In this document: one piece after another, positions 24,154 to 37,895 of the stretch
Layout: the number at the start of each line of letters is the position of its first letter
Position numbering within the stretch: the stretch's first letter is position 1
Assembly (NCBI RefSeq): GCF_032062105.1
Contig: NW_026930592.1
Span: forward strand, 248,001-312,000
Length of the DNA: 64,000 nt
Source: Saccostrea cucullata
Taxonomy: Eukaryota
Reading direction: 5' to 3'
Made by a program: the position numbers and the translations under genes
The notes under the pieces: model-generated
The model's database searches: none
What the model was told of the DNA's origin: nothing
The model's input: the letters and a program-made list of their open reading frames with translations, nothing else

Positions 24154-27100
24154 ATGCCAGAGGGACAGGGAAATGGCTTCGGCCGCGATTTTGTCATGTT
24201 TGTGGTGGCGGTGACCATCGTGGTGGTTCCTTACTGGTACGATAGACGTCTACAGAGGGTGGACGAGAAGATGCAGATGGTTCTCACACAGTCGGAGAAA
24301 ACAAACCAGATGACGCTCCAGCTCGTGAAGGCTGAGTGTGATAATAGATATCAAAGACTTAAAACATTCTATGAGGACTACATCAAGCGTCTAAATGAAG
24401 ATCAGACCAATCGGGTTCATAGAATGGAAAACTCATACGAGGATCTGATTTACCACCTCGAGGAAGCTTATAAAACCAAAGTATCCCGGAAAGGCGAAAA
24501 GATTGACGGTAAGGTAGAACTACTTTCACTAATCTAATTTTTTGGACAGAAGTTTTTTAAAGCATTGGTATGATTTTTTTTTTTTGCAAAATAATGCACT
24601 TGACAATTTCTATATATGTAAAAGTAACCTACAAAGATTGAATAGTGTTCTACTTTAACAGTTTCCGACAGCTCAGGAAATAAGTCTTGTCCAGATGGAT
24701 GGGTGTCCTTTGGTCCTTCTTGCTACGTAGTGATCCATACAGTAGCAACCATGCCAGCAGCGATGGTCAGTCAAAGGCCATTTTTAAAGATGTTTGGCGC
24801 TTTTTGAATTGAAATTACCCCTCTTACATTTTTTTTAGATATGCGTAACAGATTTTATTGATCTTAAAAATATCCAGTGATTGAACTTTCAGTTTCGAAA
24901 TAGCATGATATATTTGAAAAGTACTATTATACGACACTGAAAACTAACCAACTCTGACCCAAAAGTTTTATTATGCATATTTTTTACACTTGTGACATGA
25001 CCTTTCTAAGGACCTATAATTTACATGCGTATTTGGGTGTATACCTCCCAACCAATCAGATGATTTTTAGAAAGTTGATTTGTATCCAATTTTAAGCATT
25101 CTCAACTGAAATGCCGAGTGAGATGGATGTGCATTATCATTTTAAAATATGCATAAATTAATTTGTTTTCCCAAAATTTTATTTAGATTTGATTGCGCAA
25201 GCTCTTGCTAAGTTTAACTACGATTTAATGCAAAACATTTTGATATATAAGAATCATGTGGGAATATTTTTGAAACAAAAATGCTTCGGGAGATCGTAGA
25301 TTCTGAGAGAAATGTCCGACAATGTCCTATACCGGTCGTCATATACAAAATTGAAATAAGCAGATGAAAGGAAAAAAAGGGGGGGGGGGTATTTTACCTT
25401 CACGTTTTCATTAAAATGTAGAGTAACCAAACTGCCCCCAAAAGTTTTTTTGCTTTCTTAAATTTTTTTTTTCTAAACTTGTATACATACGGTTTTTAAT
25501 TCATCAACAAGTTTTTTAAATGACACATAATTTATAAATCTATACGACGAAAACTCCCTCCTCCGATACTTATGTTGTAAAATTTTATTTTTAAGAACCT
25601 CTGATATGGCATACTGGTATGTCTGTATACGAATACAAGCTAAAAATAAACCGTACTGTATCGTTGATAGCAGACCATTTGTCATTTGCATAAGAAACGC
25701 CTACCTTTAATTTGAAAAGATTCATGTACATATTTTTTACAGTTATATTGCGCCCTGGTATTTTTCTGAAGCAAAATTTATACATTTATACGAAAACTGA
25801 TACATAAAAACTGATACATAAGAACTGATACATAGAGACCATTTGTCGTGGCCTTTAATTTGAAAAGAACTTGAAATAAAAGTCATCATAGATTTTTAAG
25901 ATCTGTTTCATATTTGGATATTTTGCTAAAGACCGTTAATGTATCCTGAAAACTAAACTACGATAAACGTGATGACTAACTTTCAACTTCCCTTACTCAA
26001 ATACATCTGTATCTTAAAATATACTAGTACACCTATAACTAGGAATCATGACTCTCAGTTAGTCCATGCTCTACGTACTAATTGCTGAAACAAGACAAGC
26101 TATATATTGATAAACAAAAGTAAATGAAACAAGAATATCAACAGTGTCGTTTAAAGTAATCATTTTGTAAGATTTAGTCGATACGATGACAATGTCAACA
26201 AAAACTATCTATCAAAATGAAATGCTGACTGACGTTTATCATACTAATTGTTAGGCCATTATTTTCAAACTGAATTGTCTACGATTTTTTTTTTTCCGTT
26301 TTCCTGATCTTAACAAGGAGCAGACTGAGTGGTATAGGCAGACAGATATAAAAGATATAAGACTGATTAAAAACTGTTTTGTCCGCCAGGCGACTATTTT
26401 TATTCACATAAATGAAAGAATGATTAAAACTTTAAGAAATTTGCAATCAGCTGTATTGTTGCATGATTTTGTTAGTATTGGTCAATGATTTCTCTCTGTT
26501 TATACCTCTTTTAGTTGCCTTTTTCATTTAAATTACCAATACTGATTTCCATCATCGTTAAAAATATCATTCTTTAGACATAGTTATTAAGCTCGTGCAT
26601 TTGGATCGAAAATTACTGTGTCATTACAAAAGTGTGAAAGAGCTAAATCTGTATTGTCTTTGCAACAGATGCCAATGGGAAAGACAAAATCTGAATTAGA
26701 TTCTTAGGTTTTAGTTTAGTAATGTATTTACAAGTTTTGCAGTTTAAGAATACCGTGAATAGATATCGTCTTTCTCCGAGTTTGAACCAAGTTAAGTATT
26801 TATGAACTGATCTGATGAGATTCATCGTTCCTCTACAACCACCATCACTTGCTACAGAACTATGAACAAATTCTGTTAATTACAATGATGATTCCCAGGA
26901 AAATCAAAAACTTGTCTCTGTGTAACGAGCCATTTTCAATGGTCAAGGAAAACACACATGACTTTGTATAGAAGTTGAACCACATTTCAAAGTCCCCCCT
27001 ACATATTTTCATTTCATCTTGAATGCAGTTAAAAATTCGAATGAGTTTTTAAAATAAATTAAAGATAAAGTACTAGTAAGTAAAATTTTATTATGTATAC

Positions 27101-29534
27101 CGCTAGTATACTAGTTAGTGAACAAGAAATGGGCACAAATTAAAATACTTTAGTATCAACTTTTGCATTTTAAAGCCTACAAGAATGTTTTATAAAATAT
27201 AGATTCTAATACACGCATATCGTTACCTGTATATTATACGTAATAGACACCTTTCTACAAAATTTTTATTTGATATATGTTGCAATAATATGGGTCTTGT
27301 TGGTTTGGTTGCAGCATCAATGTTATGATCTGAATGCAAAGTTGGCGGAAATCGAGACTGAGAAAGAAAGAAACTTCATAGTTCAACACATGAAAGACCT
27401 AAAATCGCCAGGTAGTAGATTTATATAGAAAAAAATACCAAACAAATATTTCTGGAACCTTCTGGAACGTAAAAGGTAGAGAAAACACAATTTAAAAACG
27501 CAGTAAGTCACGTAATCAGTTACTTGCAAAACCACTTGCGTGAATATCTACTGAAATAAGAGTACTCTCGAAAGGTCGGGGCTTCTGTAAAGAGAATAAT
27601 GAACAAATCTTCCTTTTAGATCACAAGTTGATATTGTATCTTAAAGAATTAAACACGGTCTTGTACACAAAGAGAGTTAATTATAAAAAAAAGCCTTTTT
27701 TGTGAAAGTACATGTACACGACCCACGTAAGAGGGTAATGTAATTTTTTTTTTACAGCCATGATTGCAATTACGGTTAATTTCATCAAAAATCAAAGACC
27801 CCTTTAAATTATTACTTATATTTATATTTTAATAAATGGATTACGATACTTAATTTAATACAGTTGTAATTTTGTCCTTATGTGCATCACCTGCATAGAA
27901 GAGATTATTTCAAATTGACCTTAAAACTGGTTCTAAAAACTTGTTTATTGTACATGCAACCTGATTTCATAGGAAATAAAAAACATTGCCTTATTGAAGA
28001 AAGGATATACTTATACTCAATATAACGCAATAATATCAACAAAGTACAAGTAGCAATGCTTTCGCAGAATGTATGTGGATTGGAGGGTCTGACGCTATCA
28101 TAGAGGGTCAGTGGTATTGGATGACGTCACAGATGACGTTTACGTTCGCTGATTGGGTGGAAGGGGAGCCAAACAATGACAGGGGAGGGGAGGATTGCGT
28201 TCACATCAATCCCAACTCTGATTACCACTGGAACGACGCCAAATGCACCATAGCCTACAAGTTTATATGTGAGAAAGAGGTAAATATTTCATTAAATATA
28301 CAAGATAACCATTGTTTGCGAATGATGGCATTTACACTGACCAGAAAAAGGTCAGCATTAGGTAAAATATCCAATTTTTCTCATTCTTATTGGGTTTTAT
28401 CTTTTTTCATTGTCATTGGTCATTTGCAAAATAATTTTGTTAAAAAATAATCTGATTGTACTCACAAGTACTCTGAAGTTGATGTTTAAAAGTTGCTCAA
28501 GTTTCTGAATGATAATATCTATGTGATTCCAACAATCTATTAGAATTCCCATGGGTACCCATTGCGCCCCGTTATGTTAATAGCGGACCTATTTTTGTAT
28601 TCATATTAAGCAGAATTTGATCAAAATCTTTTACGTGAAAAGAAGAAAATGCTTGCATATTCATATTGACGACGTATTTTCAATTAACAATAGTTATTTC
28701 CATTCTTATACTCGATATATCCCAGTGAGCTTGAGATAAAAGATACCACAGAGACTGAAACATCTGTTTTATATCTGGATATTTTACTAGAAAAATGTGT
28801 TAATGGTTATCTAACAACAAAGCTTTATGATAAACATGATGACTTCAACTTTTCAATCGTCAACTTTCCGTACTTATGCAGCAATATATACTTTTGTTAC
28901 CTGCATACGAAGTTTAAATCTCTCAGTTGATATGATATCGAAGAGCAAATTCTACGTATGGACAATTTCTACTATGAAGTAAGTTATTGCAAAACAAGTT
29001 GATGAAGCAAGAATATCAGCAGTCTTGTTTAAAGCATCATTTCATAAGTTCTATGGTCGATACCATGGCCTTTTCAGCAAATACAAATTATCAATAAGTC
29101 AAATACTGATTGACTTTCTTCACACTGATTCTTAGGCCTTTATTTACACACTGAGCTGTCGAAGGATTTTTCCAACTTTTCCCCAAACATGACAAGGAAC
29201 ACACGTCGGTTGTGCCAGATTGACACTGGATGCTCACTCCTCCATGGTACCTGATACAACCTCTGTTGTTTTGGAGATCCGTGTTTACTCCGATCCTATT
29301 CGAAATGTTAAATGGACTTTTGGGCTTGAATAATATTCGTTATCTCCACATATTTCATTCAATAAACGGACATATTCCTAGTACTTTATCTCAAAGTACT
29401 ACAACGTTCGAAAGAAAATTAAAGCTATTATTATTTTAATCGATGATAATGATAATGATTATGAGACAATTTATTGTTTGACCTATATGTCTTTTCTTTT
29501 GCAGAAAGATGTAAAGAAGAGAATCATTTTTTAA
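24154..29534 (+). CDS. Type II transmembrane C-type lectin (perlucin/CD209-like architecture)
   Basis: Exons 24154-24508, 24662-24765, 27315-27411, 28068-28279 and 29505-29534 join in frame. N-terminal TM, coiled-coil-like neck, then CPDGW...CY, C...AKLAEIET, WIGG, EPN, EDC, WND...C and FICEK. Confidence 0.9.
28490..29310 (+). mobile_element. Degenerate Penelope-like RT fragment in the last lectin intron
   Basis: Decayed IPMGTHCAP, YIDD and LYDKHDDFNFSIVNFPYLCSNI motifs, plus the family 3' block (gatgctcactcctccatggtacctgat). Confidence 0.8.
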
Positions 29535-30205
29535 CGAAGTCGACATGAGATTTTTACCTTGGTCTTTCATTTTTCTACAAAGAATTAAAAAGTGATGTAA
29601 CACTTTTAATTTTGATGACCTCATTAGAAGGATTAAATACAACTGAATAATCTTTTATATTAAGCAAAGGTTTTTACCTTACAATTTCTGTCTGTTTTCA
29701 ATAAACAAATTCAATCCACTTATAATTTTAAAACTTTCTTTTTCAATTTACAATGCATGTATCTTGTTTATCTGATTTTTTGTCTTTCAGACCTAAAATA
29801 GACTTCTTAAAAAGCAAGAACACAATTTTGAGCAAATCTACTCGCATACAATTTTTCTCAAATGGTTATGATTTTTGGTACCTAGGTTTTCCCAGTTCAA
29901 TTTCCACTCACAACCCCCGTGAATAGTATTGTCTTTTATCTTCGTATTACCAGCCACATGAGAAACCACTTGTTAACAGCAATTAGAAAAATGCATCTCT
30001 TTAAAGACGTGACATTCAACTACTTTAAGATTTGAGGAAGTAGTGAGAAATCTAATGACTGTTACTTTGTACATAAAAAAAGCCCTGAAAAATACCTAAT
30101 CTAAATTTTAAAGCTGAAACAATAAAATCAGCCTGTCGGCATCTATCTAAATAAACACAAAAAAGTGAAACAACACGTGTTTTTTCTCGAGTTCTCAGTA
30201 AAATT

Positions 30206-31125
30206 ATGATTTTATTCCGAGAATGTGTTTTTCCCGCTTTTTGGCTGTTTCTGGGAATATCCAGGGGACAAAGATTATTTTACAATACTGGCGGTGATTG
30301 TGGATGCGATAAAAGTTTTTCACTATCTTTATATTCAGGTGAGTCAGTTGATAAAAAAAACTTACTGAATTTTCCTAAGTATACACCAAGAATAGAAGTA
30401 ATTTTTTCTGCAACTTCAAATCTAAATGAAAAATATCTAACCCAACAAAAGTCATTTTACAAATTTCAACGAAATCACCAAAAGAAGAAAAAAACATATA
30501 ATGTATATATGTACATCTCAACAAATTACACATTTAAGGGATTGTACATATCAACACCCTCTCTTCCAATTCTTACAAATTACAATTACTTCCTGTATAT
30601 TGCAACTTCCTTTCCTTCTTTCCTGAGAAAGACGGAATACTAGTAATATTATTTACTGGCAATTTCTTGCATGTCATAGAGTATTTTTTCCTTCTACATA
30701 ACTAGGTACAGCAAAACATTCAGTGGGATTTACAGCACTGTTAGACGGAACTCGAACGTTTTCGGAGGATCAGGCCATTATCTTTAATTCCATATTGACG
30801 AATATAGGTGGTGGATATGACCATAAACAATGAATCTTCATTGCTCCAATCAGAGGGCTATATGTGTTTCTAGTGAACATTCTCACAATGCCAGAAAGGT
30901 TGCTGGATGTGAATATCATGCGCAATAATTATGTCATCGCATATATTTACAGTGCAAGCAAATTTGAAAATATCCACGGTGTGGGATCCAATATGGCGGT
31001 CGTGATGTTAGAGAGGGGGGGGGGGGGTCAAAGTCTGGCTAGCTGTGTCCTACGTGTATGGAACGACCGCAGACATTCGAGGACCGTGGAATTCTTTCTC
31101 CGGATTTCTCCTTTATTCCTTGTGA
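30206..31125 (+). pseudogene. Secreted globular C1q domain-containing gene, disrupted
   Basis: Exon 30206-30338 (signal peptide) plus 30706-31125: VGFTA...IIFNSILTNIGGGYD..*IFIAPIRGLYVF...SNMAVVML..G.KVW...NSFSGFLL. In-frame TGA at 30831 and a +1 frameshift in the G13 run at 31015-31027. Confidence 0.85.
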
Positions 31126-31949
31126 GCTGTCTTCAAATATTAATATAGCAATAACAAAATAAAATATTTTGGAAATATGAGGGTTGAAAATATATTACTT
31201 GTAGTTCTTCCACACTTTCTGATCTTAACCTGAAGTTATATCCAAAGTGGACCGTAATCTTAAGGCCAATATTCAATTATTGAAAATAACTTTTCAGTTG
31301 ACAAGAGTGTATATTTTTTTTTCTTTCAAACACTAAGTTATTTTAATGTACTTTGGGTATTTTTGTAAAAAGAAAATTACATTAAAAAGAAGATAACATT
31401 TGCATGTTAAAATAGTTTTTTTGAAGATGACTTAAGTTTTTCACTGAATATTACTATCTTTCTTCTTGATTTTATTTATCTTTCATTCCTTTTGAAAATG
31501 ACATTTTGCATTCACAAAAATGAAATGATAAATAAAAATCTGGGGTGAAATGAAAAAAAAAACGTTAAAGGCTATAAAAATAACTTATCTGGAATGTGAA
31601 AATGAGGGGAAATATGATTTTTTATAAGTGGAATTATGTTGTAGGGGCTCTCCAAAGCACACTATATTCGCTTGAGTGTTTATTTCTGAACATTTTCTTT
31701 TAATTTTCTATTGCATTTTATAATTAATTCCATCTGTACCTACATTAATTACATGTATAAACGTAGAGCGACTTAATTTGAATATCGATTTATAGTTAAA
31801 AAAGAGATAAAAGTATAGTAAAGTAGCAAAACGGTAGCTCTGCACTTCATCGGTGTCAGGTATGTTTTTTTTTTTAATATATAAGAAAACTTGTGAATAA
31901 CTCTTTAGGCGACAAAGATGAAAAGAAAACTACAGGTAGTTAGGATATA

Positions 31950-32114
31950 CTGTAAACCAACTTTTATTCGCGTGCGAGGAATTTTTGCCCTTAAAATTTA
32001 TTTGTCTATTAACAACAGATCCAAAAAGGCCTGTTCGCGAAAATCAATCATTGCCAACTTGTTTATCCCTGATAAATCGCGAAATGAAGTCGTCGCGAAT
32101 AAGTTGGTTTACAT
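31950..32114. mobile_element. Small Tc1/mariner-type MITE
   Basis: ta-ctgtaaaccaacttttattcgcg pairs with cgcgaataagttggtttaca. Confidence 0.6.
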
Positions 32115-32815
32115 TATATGTATCATAGTGTCCTTATAATATAAAAATTGGGATAAAAATTTTGACTTTTTATAAGATCATTCTGACAAGTTCAAAGAAT
32201 CTTGAAGCACACTGAGAGGTATAGAACGGAAATTGTTGCATGTAAAGATTAAATTCTCAACCTTCCTTTTGAAACTTTATAAATTAAATAATAAATAAAA
32301 GTGTTATCCTTTCTGGCTAAGGATCGTAGTACCATAAAGTGTAATGATGAAACTTATATTCAAAGAATATTCAAGGAGGTTTTTTTATCAAGTGATCAAG
32401 CACTTTGCTAAAATGATAATTTGAATTAAAGTCATGCGTTTTGCATAATTTTTCAAACTTGAGCAAACTGTTACATCATTTTCTTAAAAAATCCCAACGG
32501 TTATTCCATATATTTTCATTTTTACCTGATTCTCTTTTCAGTTTGAGTTATTAACTATATATTTTATTCAATAATAGGAGATCTAAGTCTGTAACCCCCA
32601 TGAAGTTTCCCGTGAAGCACTTTCCTTTACTAACATTACATAGAAATTAAAATATATATTGAATTTCTTGATCTCTCCTTTTCGAAGGCCAATATCTCAA
32701 CATTTTCAAATGTCTATATCGGAGATGAAACTAGAATAAGAAAACAGTTTTATAAGTTATATGCTGAAAAGGCGTGATTTCATAATTTTTTTTCGATATA
32801 AACACTATTGAAATA

Positions 32816-34218
32816 TCAAATGTTTGTTTCATCTTCTTGATCTTCGCAGGATAACAAGGGCGTCCCCTCTTCGTTGTTATTTCGACTATTACATCCACGA
32901 TAAATTTCTTTCCGAAAATCTTTGTCAAAAACACAAAAAAGAAGAAAATTTGCAAATGCTTGTGAACTGTCTCCTATGCAATGAAAATACACCAGAACGG
33001 AGTCGACTTTGTCTACAGTTTGGTTTTTATAGGCTCCAATTATAGTGAAGATGAATCTCGTTGATCCCCAGATCCTGAGTAGGTATAGTATAAAAGGCGT
33101 ATAACAAAACCGTTCATCATCTGCCCTTACTATATCTGAATTCCAAAGGCTAGGATCTTCCCGTCTTCTCTGGAAACAAACCAAAATCTATGTCAGAAAT
33201 ATAAAATTATTATCATCCGAATAACGCATGACGATTGTTAGTATATATAACTATGAATGTACTATTTGAAATTTGATCAAGCTTCTATAAGAAGGCGATA
33301 GGAGGGAAAATATATTGATGGACGTTAAACAAAAAAAGCAAGTAATCTCACGTCTACATTTTAAAGCCCATAGAAATCGGCATTTTGGTTAAATGTCGAA
33401 ATTTTCTTACCCTTAGATAATTATTCACCATTAGTATTATATAAAATGCTCCTGCTATTAGATATGTTGCAAATTCCCATCCTTTCCCAGCAAGGAACAT
33501 AAAGGCTATATCTGTGGAGGTGATCTCGGTTGCATTCACCTTAACCCAACACCACTGACCACTAGATATCATCCCGGGGTCATGGTCTTTGGCACCGCTA
33601 TTAAAAGTTCCGCGTCCGAGTTTGTCAGACTCAAGAGCAACAACAGAAATGAAAGCTGTTTGTAAAAAGAGAGAGAGAAAAAAGAAAACTAGCCAAGAAA
33701 AATCAAGATAATGAAAATCGAAATGTTCTATCTCAAATTTTCTTTCAAATAACTAAGATTTGCTTCAGCACTTGTAGAGAAGACATACAAGATAATTAAA
33801 TCTTATCTTAAAATTTTGAAGTCTTGCCTGGTACAAGCCATCCTGCAACATGGTAAAGAAAGATGGTGTAGTTCTTTGTCTCACTAATTTGTTTCATGAA
33901 ACAGTAAAAGAGATGAATTGTTATCACAGTTGTCCAAATAAATGACGAAACACTGGAAAAAGTTGTTATAAAACTTTGAACGACGCAGAATGAATTGGAG
34001 TCTTTCCTCTTCTGTTCACTTAATGTCAGATAGTTTGTGGTTCCTAAAACTGCTCCACTTGCTTGTAAAATGTCGGCAAATGTGAGACATATTAACAAAA
34101 CCCGAACAAAATATAAACGTCTAACGAAGATATGTGACAAAATGAGCGCAACTCCTCCAAGAATAGAGGCAAATCCACTGACCAAAGTAACCACAGAAAT
34201 CAAAATATCCTCTCTCAT
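32816..34218 (-). CDS. GPR157: GPR157-like 7TM receptor, copy A (3 exons)
   Basis: Exons 34218-33828 (GC donor), 33655-33411 and 33169-32816 join in frame. Motifs CVVQSFITTFSSVSSFIWT, GQWCW, LAGKGWE, LRIWGSTRF and IGDSSQAFANF parallel GPR157. The symbol marks the family, not 1:1 orthology. Confidence 0.88.
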
Positions 34219-34776
34219 ATTGACGAGTAAATTCAAACCGCACGAACTGGTCCATATATTAAGTAGCCTGCATCAGAACATTCTCTTTTTTGTAGATAAG
34301 ATAAAGCTTATCCGTTACATGTTGGAGCCATAATTGATTAGATTCTCAAAAATATATAAAAGTAAATTGAATTGTTTTGTGCTTCAAATATTTTAAAATT
34401 TGATATCTATGAAAAAAAAAATTATCAAATTACTTTTAAATCGTAAAATTTGTCCTATTTTAGAAAAAAATGTATTCAATTAGGGGCCAAAATATATATT
34501 TAAAACAATGTAAAATGTGTCATGTTAAATATATGTCAAAAATTATGCCTGTATGTTGCTATTATTAGTCTTGATAGTACTTTAGTACTCCTATTGGATA
34601 GTTACTGTCCAATAAATAAGCACACCTGAGCATCTTATCTCCCTTGTTATCTGTTCATATAAAACTGATAAATGATTAATAATGTATCCTATTATGCTCA
34701 TGAATTTCGTTGACATTACTATTTTAAGATTTGTAAGTATGGCAGAACATGGTCAAATTGAACAAATTACACACTA

Positions 34777-35821
34777 CGAGGGCCGTTTAAAAGTTACGCG
34801 GACTGTGCTATTATTTACTCTTTCAGACGTCATAAAGTTATGAAATTTCACAGAAATATGTATCTTAAAGCTTCCAATAAATTTTGGGCAAAATTTCTGC
34901 ATTTTAAAAAAATTCTACCAAAATTATTGCTGATGGAGAGGTATACGGAGCACGACAAAAAATTTGAAGCAAAAGCATGCGGAATCCAAAATTTAACTCA
35001 TTAATTTTCTACAATTCGCGATATTTTTCGACAATTTTCTCATATGTATCTTTAAATTGTTCTATTATTACGTAATTAGATATCTGACGTGATATTTGAA
35101 GTATTAACAGAAATATAGTAATTTTTCTCTGATGCGATTTCCGTGAAAACGTCTGTGAAAATGACGTCTCCTGAGTTGACGGCGCACCACACTTTCGTTA
35201 AATTCTGTGTAATGCTCGAGATATCGCCAACATAGATCCAAAATATGCATAATAAAACATGTAATAAACTAGGGTATTCGTTACATTCGTCCACAAATAG
35301 GAAACTGAAATTTTATACTGTTAGACCTCTGTAAAAAAGGCTATACGTGAGGACGGAAAGATTTTCGACGAAAACTTTTTAAGGACTGTAAAGAACGTGA
35401 TTGAGAGTCACCAATATCATACTATATCTAAAAAATACCTGCAGTTTTTGGTTTTAAAACAAAAAAAGAATATGTTAAACTTGTTTAATAGATTTTAATT
35501 TTGACAAGAAATGGTGTTTGGATGTTGAGTAGATAAGATAACTCAAACTGTACAGGTACTCCTGGGAAAATGTTGAGAAAATGAAAGCTCAATCACATAT
35601 TGTTGTATAATGCCTGTGACGTAGAAGATTTTGCTGCTCCTGACTTAATAATATGTCCTGAAAATCACTCAAAATTGATATCAATTTAGAAAATTTTGAT
35701 ATGAATGTTTGAAGACCATATAAGTAAAGATTCTTTTATATTATGTGTGACATTTTGCCCGATGATGTCGTCAAATATTTCTTCTGTGCAACAAGTCCGC
35801 GTAATTTTTGAACGGCCCTCG
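34777..35821. mobile_element. Non-autonomous mariner-like element
   Basis: TA-CGAGGGCCGTTTAAAAGTTACGCGGACT ... AGTCCGCGTAATTTTTGAACGGCCCTCG-TA. Confidence 0.88.
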
Positions 35822-35867
35822 TACATGAGGGCTTGTAATAAAACGTGTAGTAATAATTAAAATAATA

Positions 35868-36235
35868 ATACATTATATTATACTTTCATGTAAATTAATT
35901 GAATCTGATTGGTCGAGAAACATTTGTTAAAAAACACTATTACCCGCTGAATAATGAAGCCACGACTTCCAGCGTAGCAACAGTCAAGAGTGCTTGACGA
36001 CGGGTGATATTCCAAAAAAATAGCGACTGCGCAGAATTTATGCGCGCACGGTTCACTATTATATGTATTTGTATAAAACATTCAGTATAATATAATAAAT
36101 ATTGCATGTAGCTGAGTGTAACATTGAAAATTTTCACCCCAAGAAAACCATTGTCAACCTGCGCCTCGGTTGACAATGGTTTTCTTGGGGTGAAAATTTT
36201 CAATGTTACACTCAACTACATGCAATATTCATGTA
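35868..36235. mobile_element. Short repeat element with a near-perfect ~62-bp-arm hairpin (possibly a Crypton-type non-autonomous element)
   Basis: 36098-36229 is a palindrome with one arm mismatch and a short loop (around ctgcgcctcg). The family assignment is inference. Confidence 0.6.
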
Positions 36236-36570
36236 ATATAATTGTCAGTGTGTAACGTAAATATGATAAGTTTTTAATGAAAACAGTAAAAAATACTTTA
36301 AATATATATAATTAATTTATTTTGTTTTTTTTATTTTGATGCTCTGGAAATACTGTATGCCCCCCAAGACACACACAGAAAACGAACGAAGTACACATCT
36401 TTATTGTAATAAATAATTAATTTTAAAAATTTGATATCAAGCAAGTAGTAATTAATAAAGGATTTCAAGGACACCCTATGGGCAAGATAATTGCTTGACT
36501 AAAATGATACATTTTTGCATTTTTTGGTGACACAAAGAGCACATAAACATCAACTTTTTGCTTCAAAATC

Positions 36571-37895
36571 CTATTTCTCTGCATAGGGTATCAGAGGTGT
36601 TGTCTCTTCTTTATAAAACCTTTGATAGATATTTTTTCGGAAACCTTTATCAAACACACAAAAAAGAAGAAAATTTGCAAAGCCTTGGGAACTGTCTCCT
36701 ATGCAATGAAAGTACACCAGAACGGAGTCGACTTTGTTTACAGTTTGGTTAGTATAGGCTCCGATTATGGTGAAGATGAATCTCGTTGATCCCCAGATCC
36801 TGAGAAGATACAGTATGAAAGGCGTATAACAAAACCGTTCATCATCTTCCTCTACGATATGTGAATTCCAAAGGCTAGGAATATTGCGCCTTCTCTACGT
36901 GTAAGAAATTAAGTTATCTTTCAACAGGAAACAACAAGTTAATATATTATCAGTAAGTTTAAACATGATATCTTTAATCTAATGTACAAGAACATTTCGA
37001 ATATTTCTTACCCGTCGAAAATTTTCCACCATAAGTATAATATATAGCGTTCCTGCTATTAGATATGTTGCAAACTCCCACCCCTTCCCAGCGAGGAACA
37101 TGAATGTTGTATCTGCAGAGGTGATATTGGTTGCATTCACCTTAATCCAGCACCACTGACCACTGCCTATCATTGCATGGTCTTTGGTACCCCTATTGAA
37201 AGTCCCACGTCCAAGCTTCCCACATATAAGGGCAACAATAGAAATAATCACTGTGAATAAAAGGAACAAAATGCAGCGTTAAAGATAAAAAATGAATTGT
37301 TTTAGCTTTACAAGTAATTTTTAAAATAATCATGCCAATAATCAATGTAACAAGTTCAAGTTTTCAAAACAAATATCGATTTTATGTGATACCACGTTTT
37401 CAAGAGACAAAATATTGAAAAGCATTTGAAATTGAATATTGTTTCGTACATTTATTTTTATTTACACAAAGTTTTCTTCGAATAAATAAAATCTGAAGAC
37501 TTGCCTGGGACTATCCATCCTGCAACGTGATATAAAAAGATGATGTACTTCGAAATCCTCGTAATTTGTTTCATTAAACAAAAAAAGAGATGAATTGTAA
37601 TCACAGAAGTCCAAATAAATGACGAAACGCTAGAAAATGTTGTTATAAAACTCTGTACAATGCAAAGTGAATCTGTATCCATTCTCTTTTGTTCACTTAA
37701 TGTCAGATAGTTTGCGGTTCCAAAAACTGCTCCACCCGCTTGCAAAATGTCTGCAAATGAAAGGTATATCAACAGAATACGAACGAAATAGAAGCGTTTG
37801 ATGAAAGTATGTGACAAAATGAGGGTCACTCCTCCGAGAACAGAAGCAGTTCCACTGACCAATGTTACTACCGATATCAAAATATCTTCTCTCAT
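36571..37895 (-). CDS. GPR157: GPR157-like 7TM receptor, copy B (3 exons)
   Basis: Exons 37895-37505 (GC donor), 37250-37012 and 36894-36571 join in frame; close paralogue of copy A. Confidence 0.88.

Noticed and set aside
24773-25858. Possible Kolobok-type element (aggcca...tggcct-ttaa) in a lectin intron
   Set aside because: The terminal match is only a few bases and the left flank is TCAA rather than TTAA, so the boundaries cannot be supported.
30831-30833. In-frame TGA as possible selenocysteine
   Set aside because: It replaces a conserved Gly (one change from GGA), not a Cys. A second lesion follows, and I recognised no SECIS.
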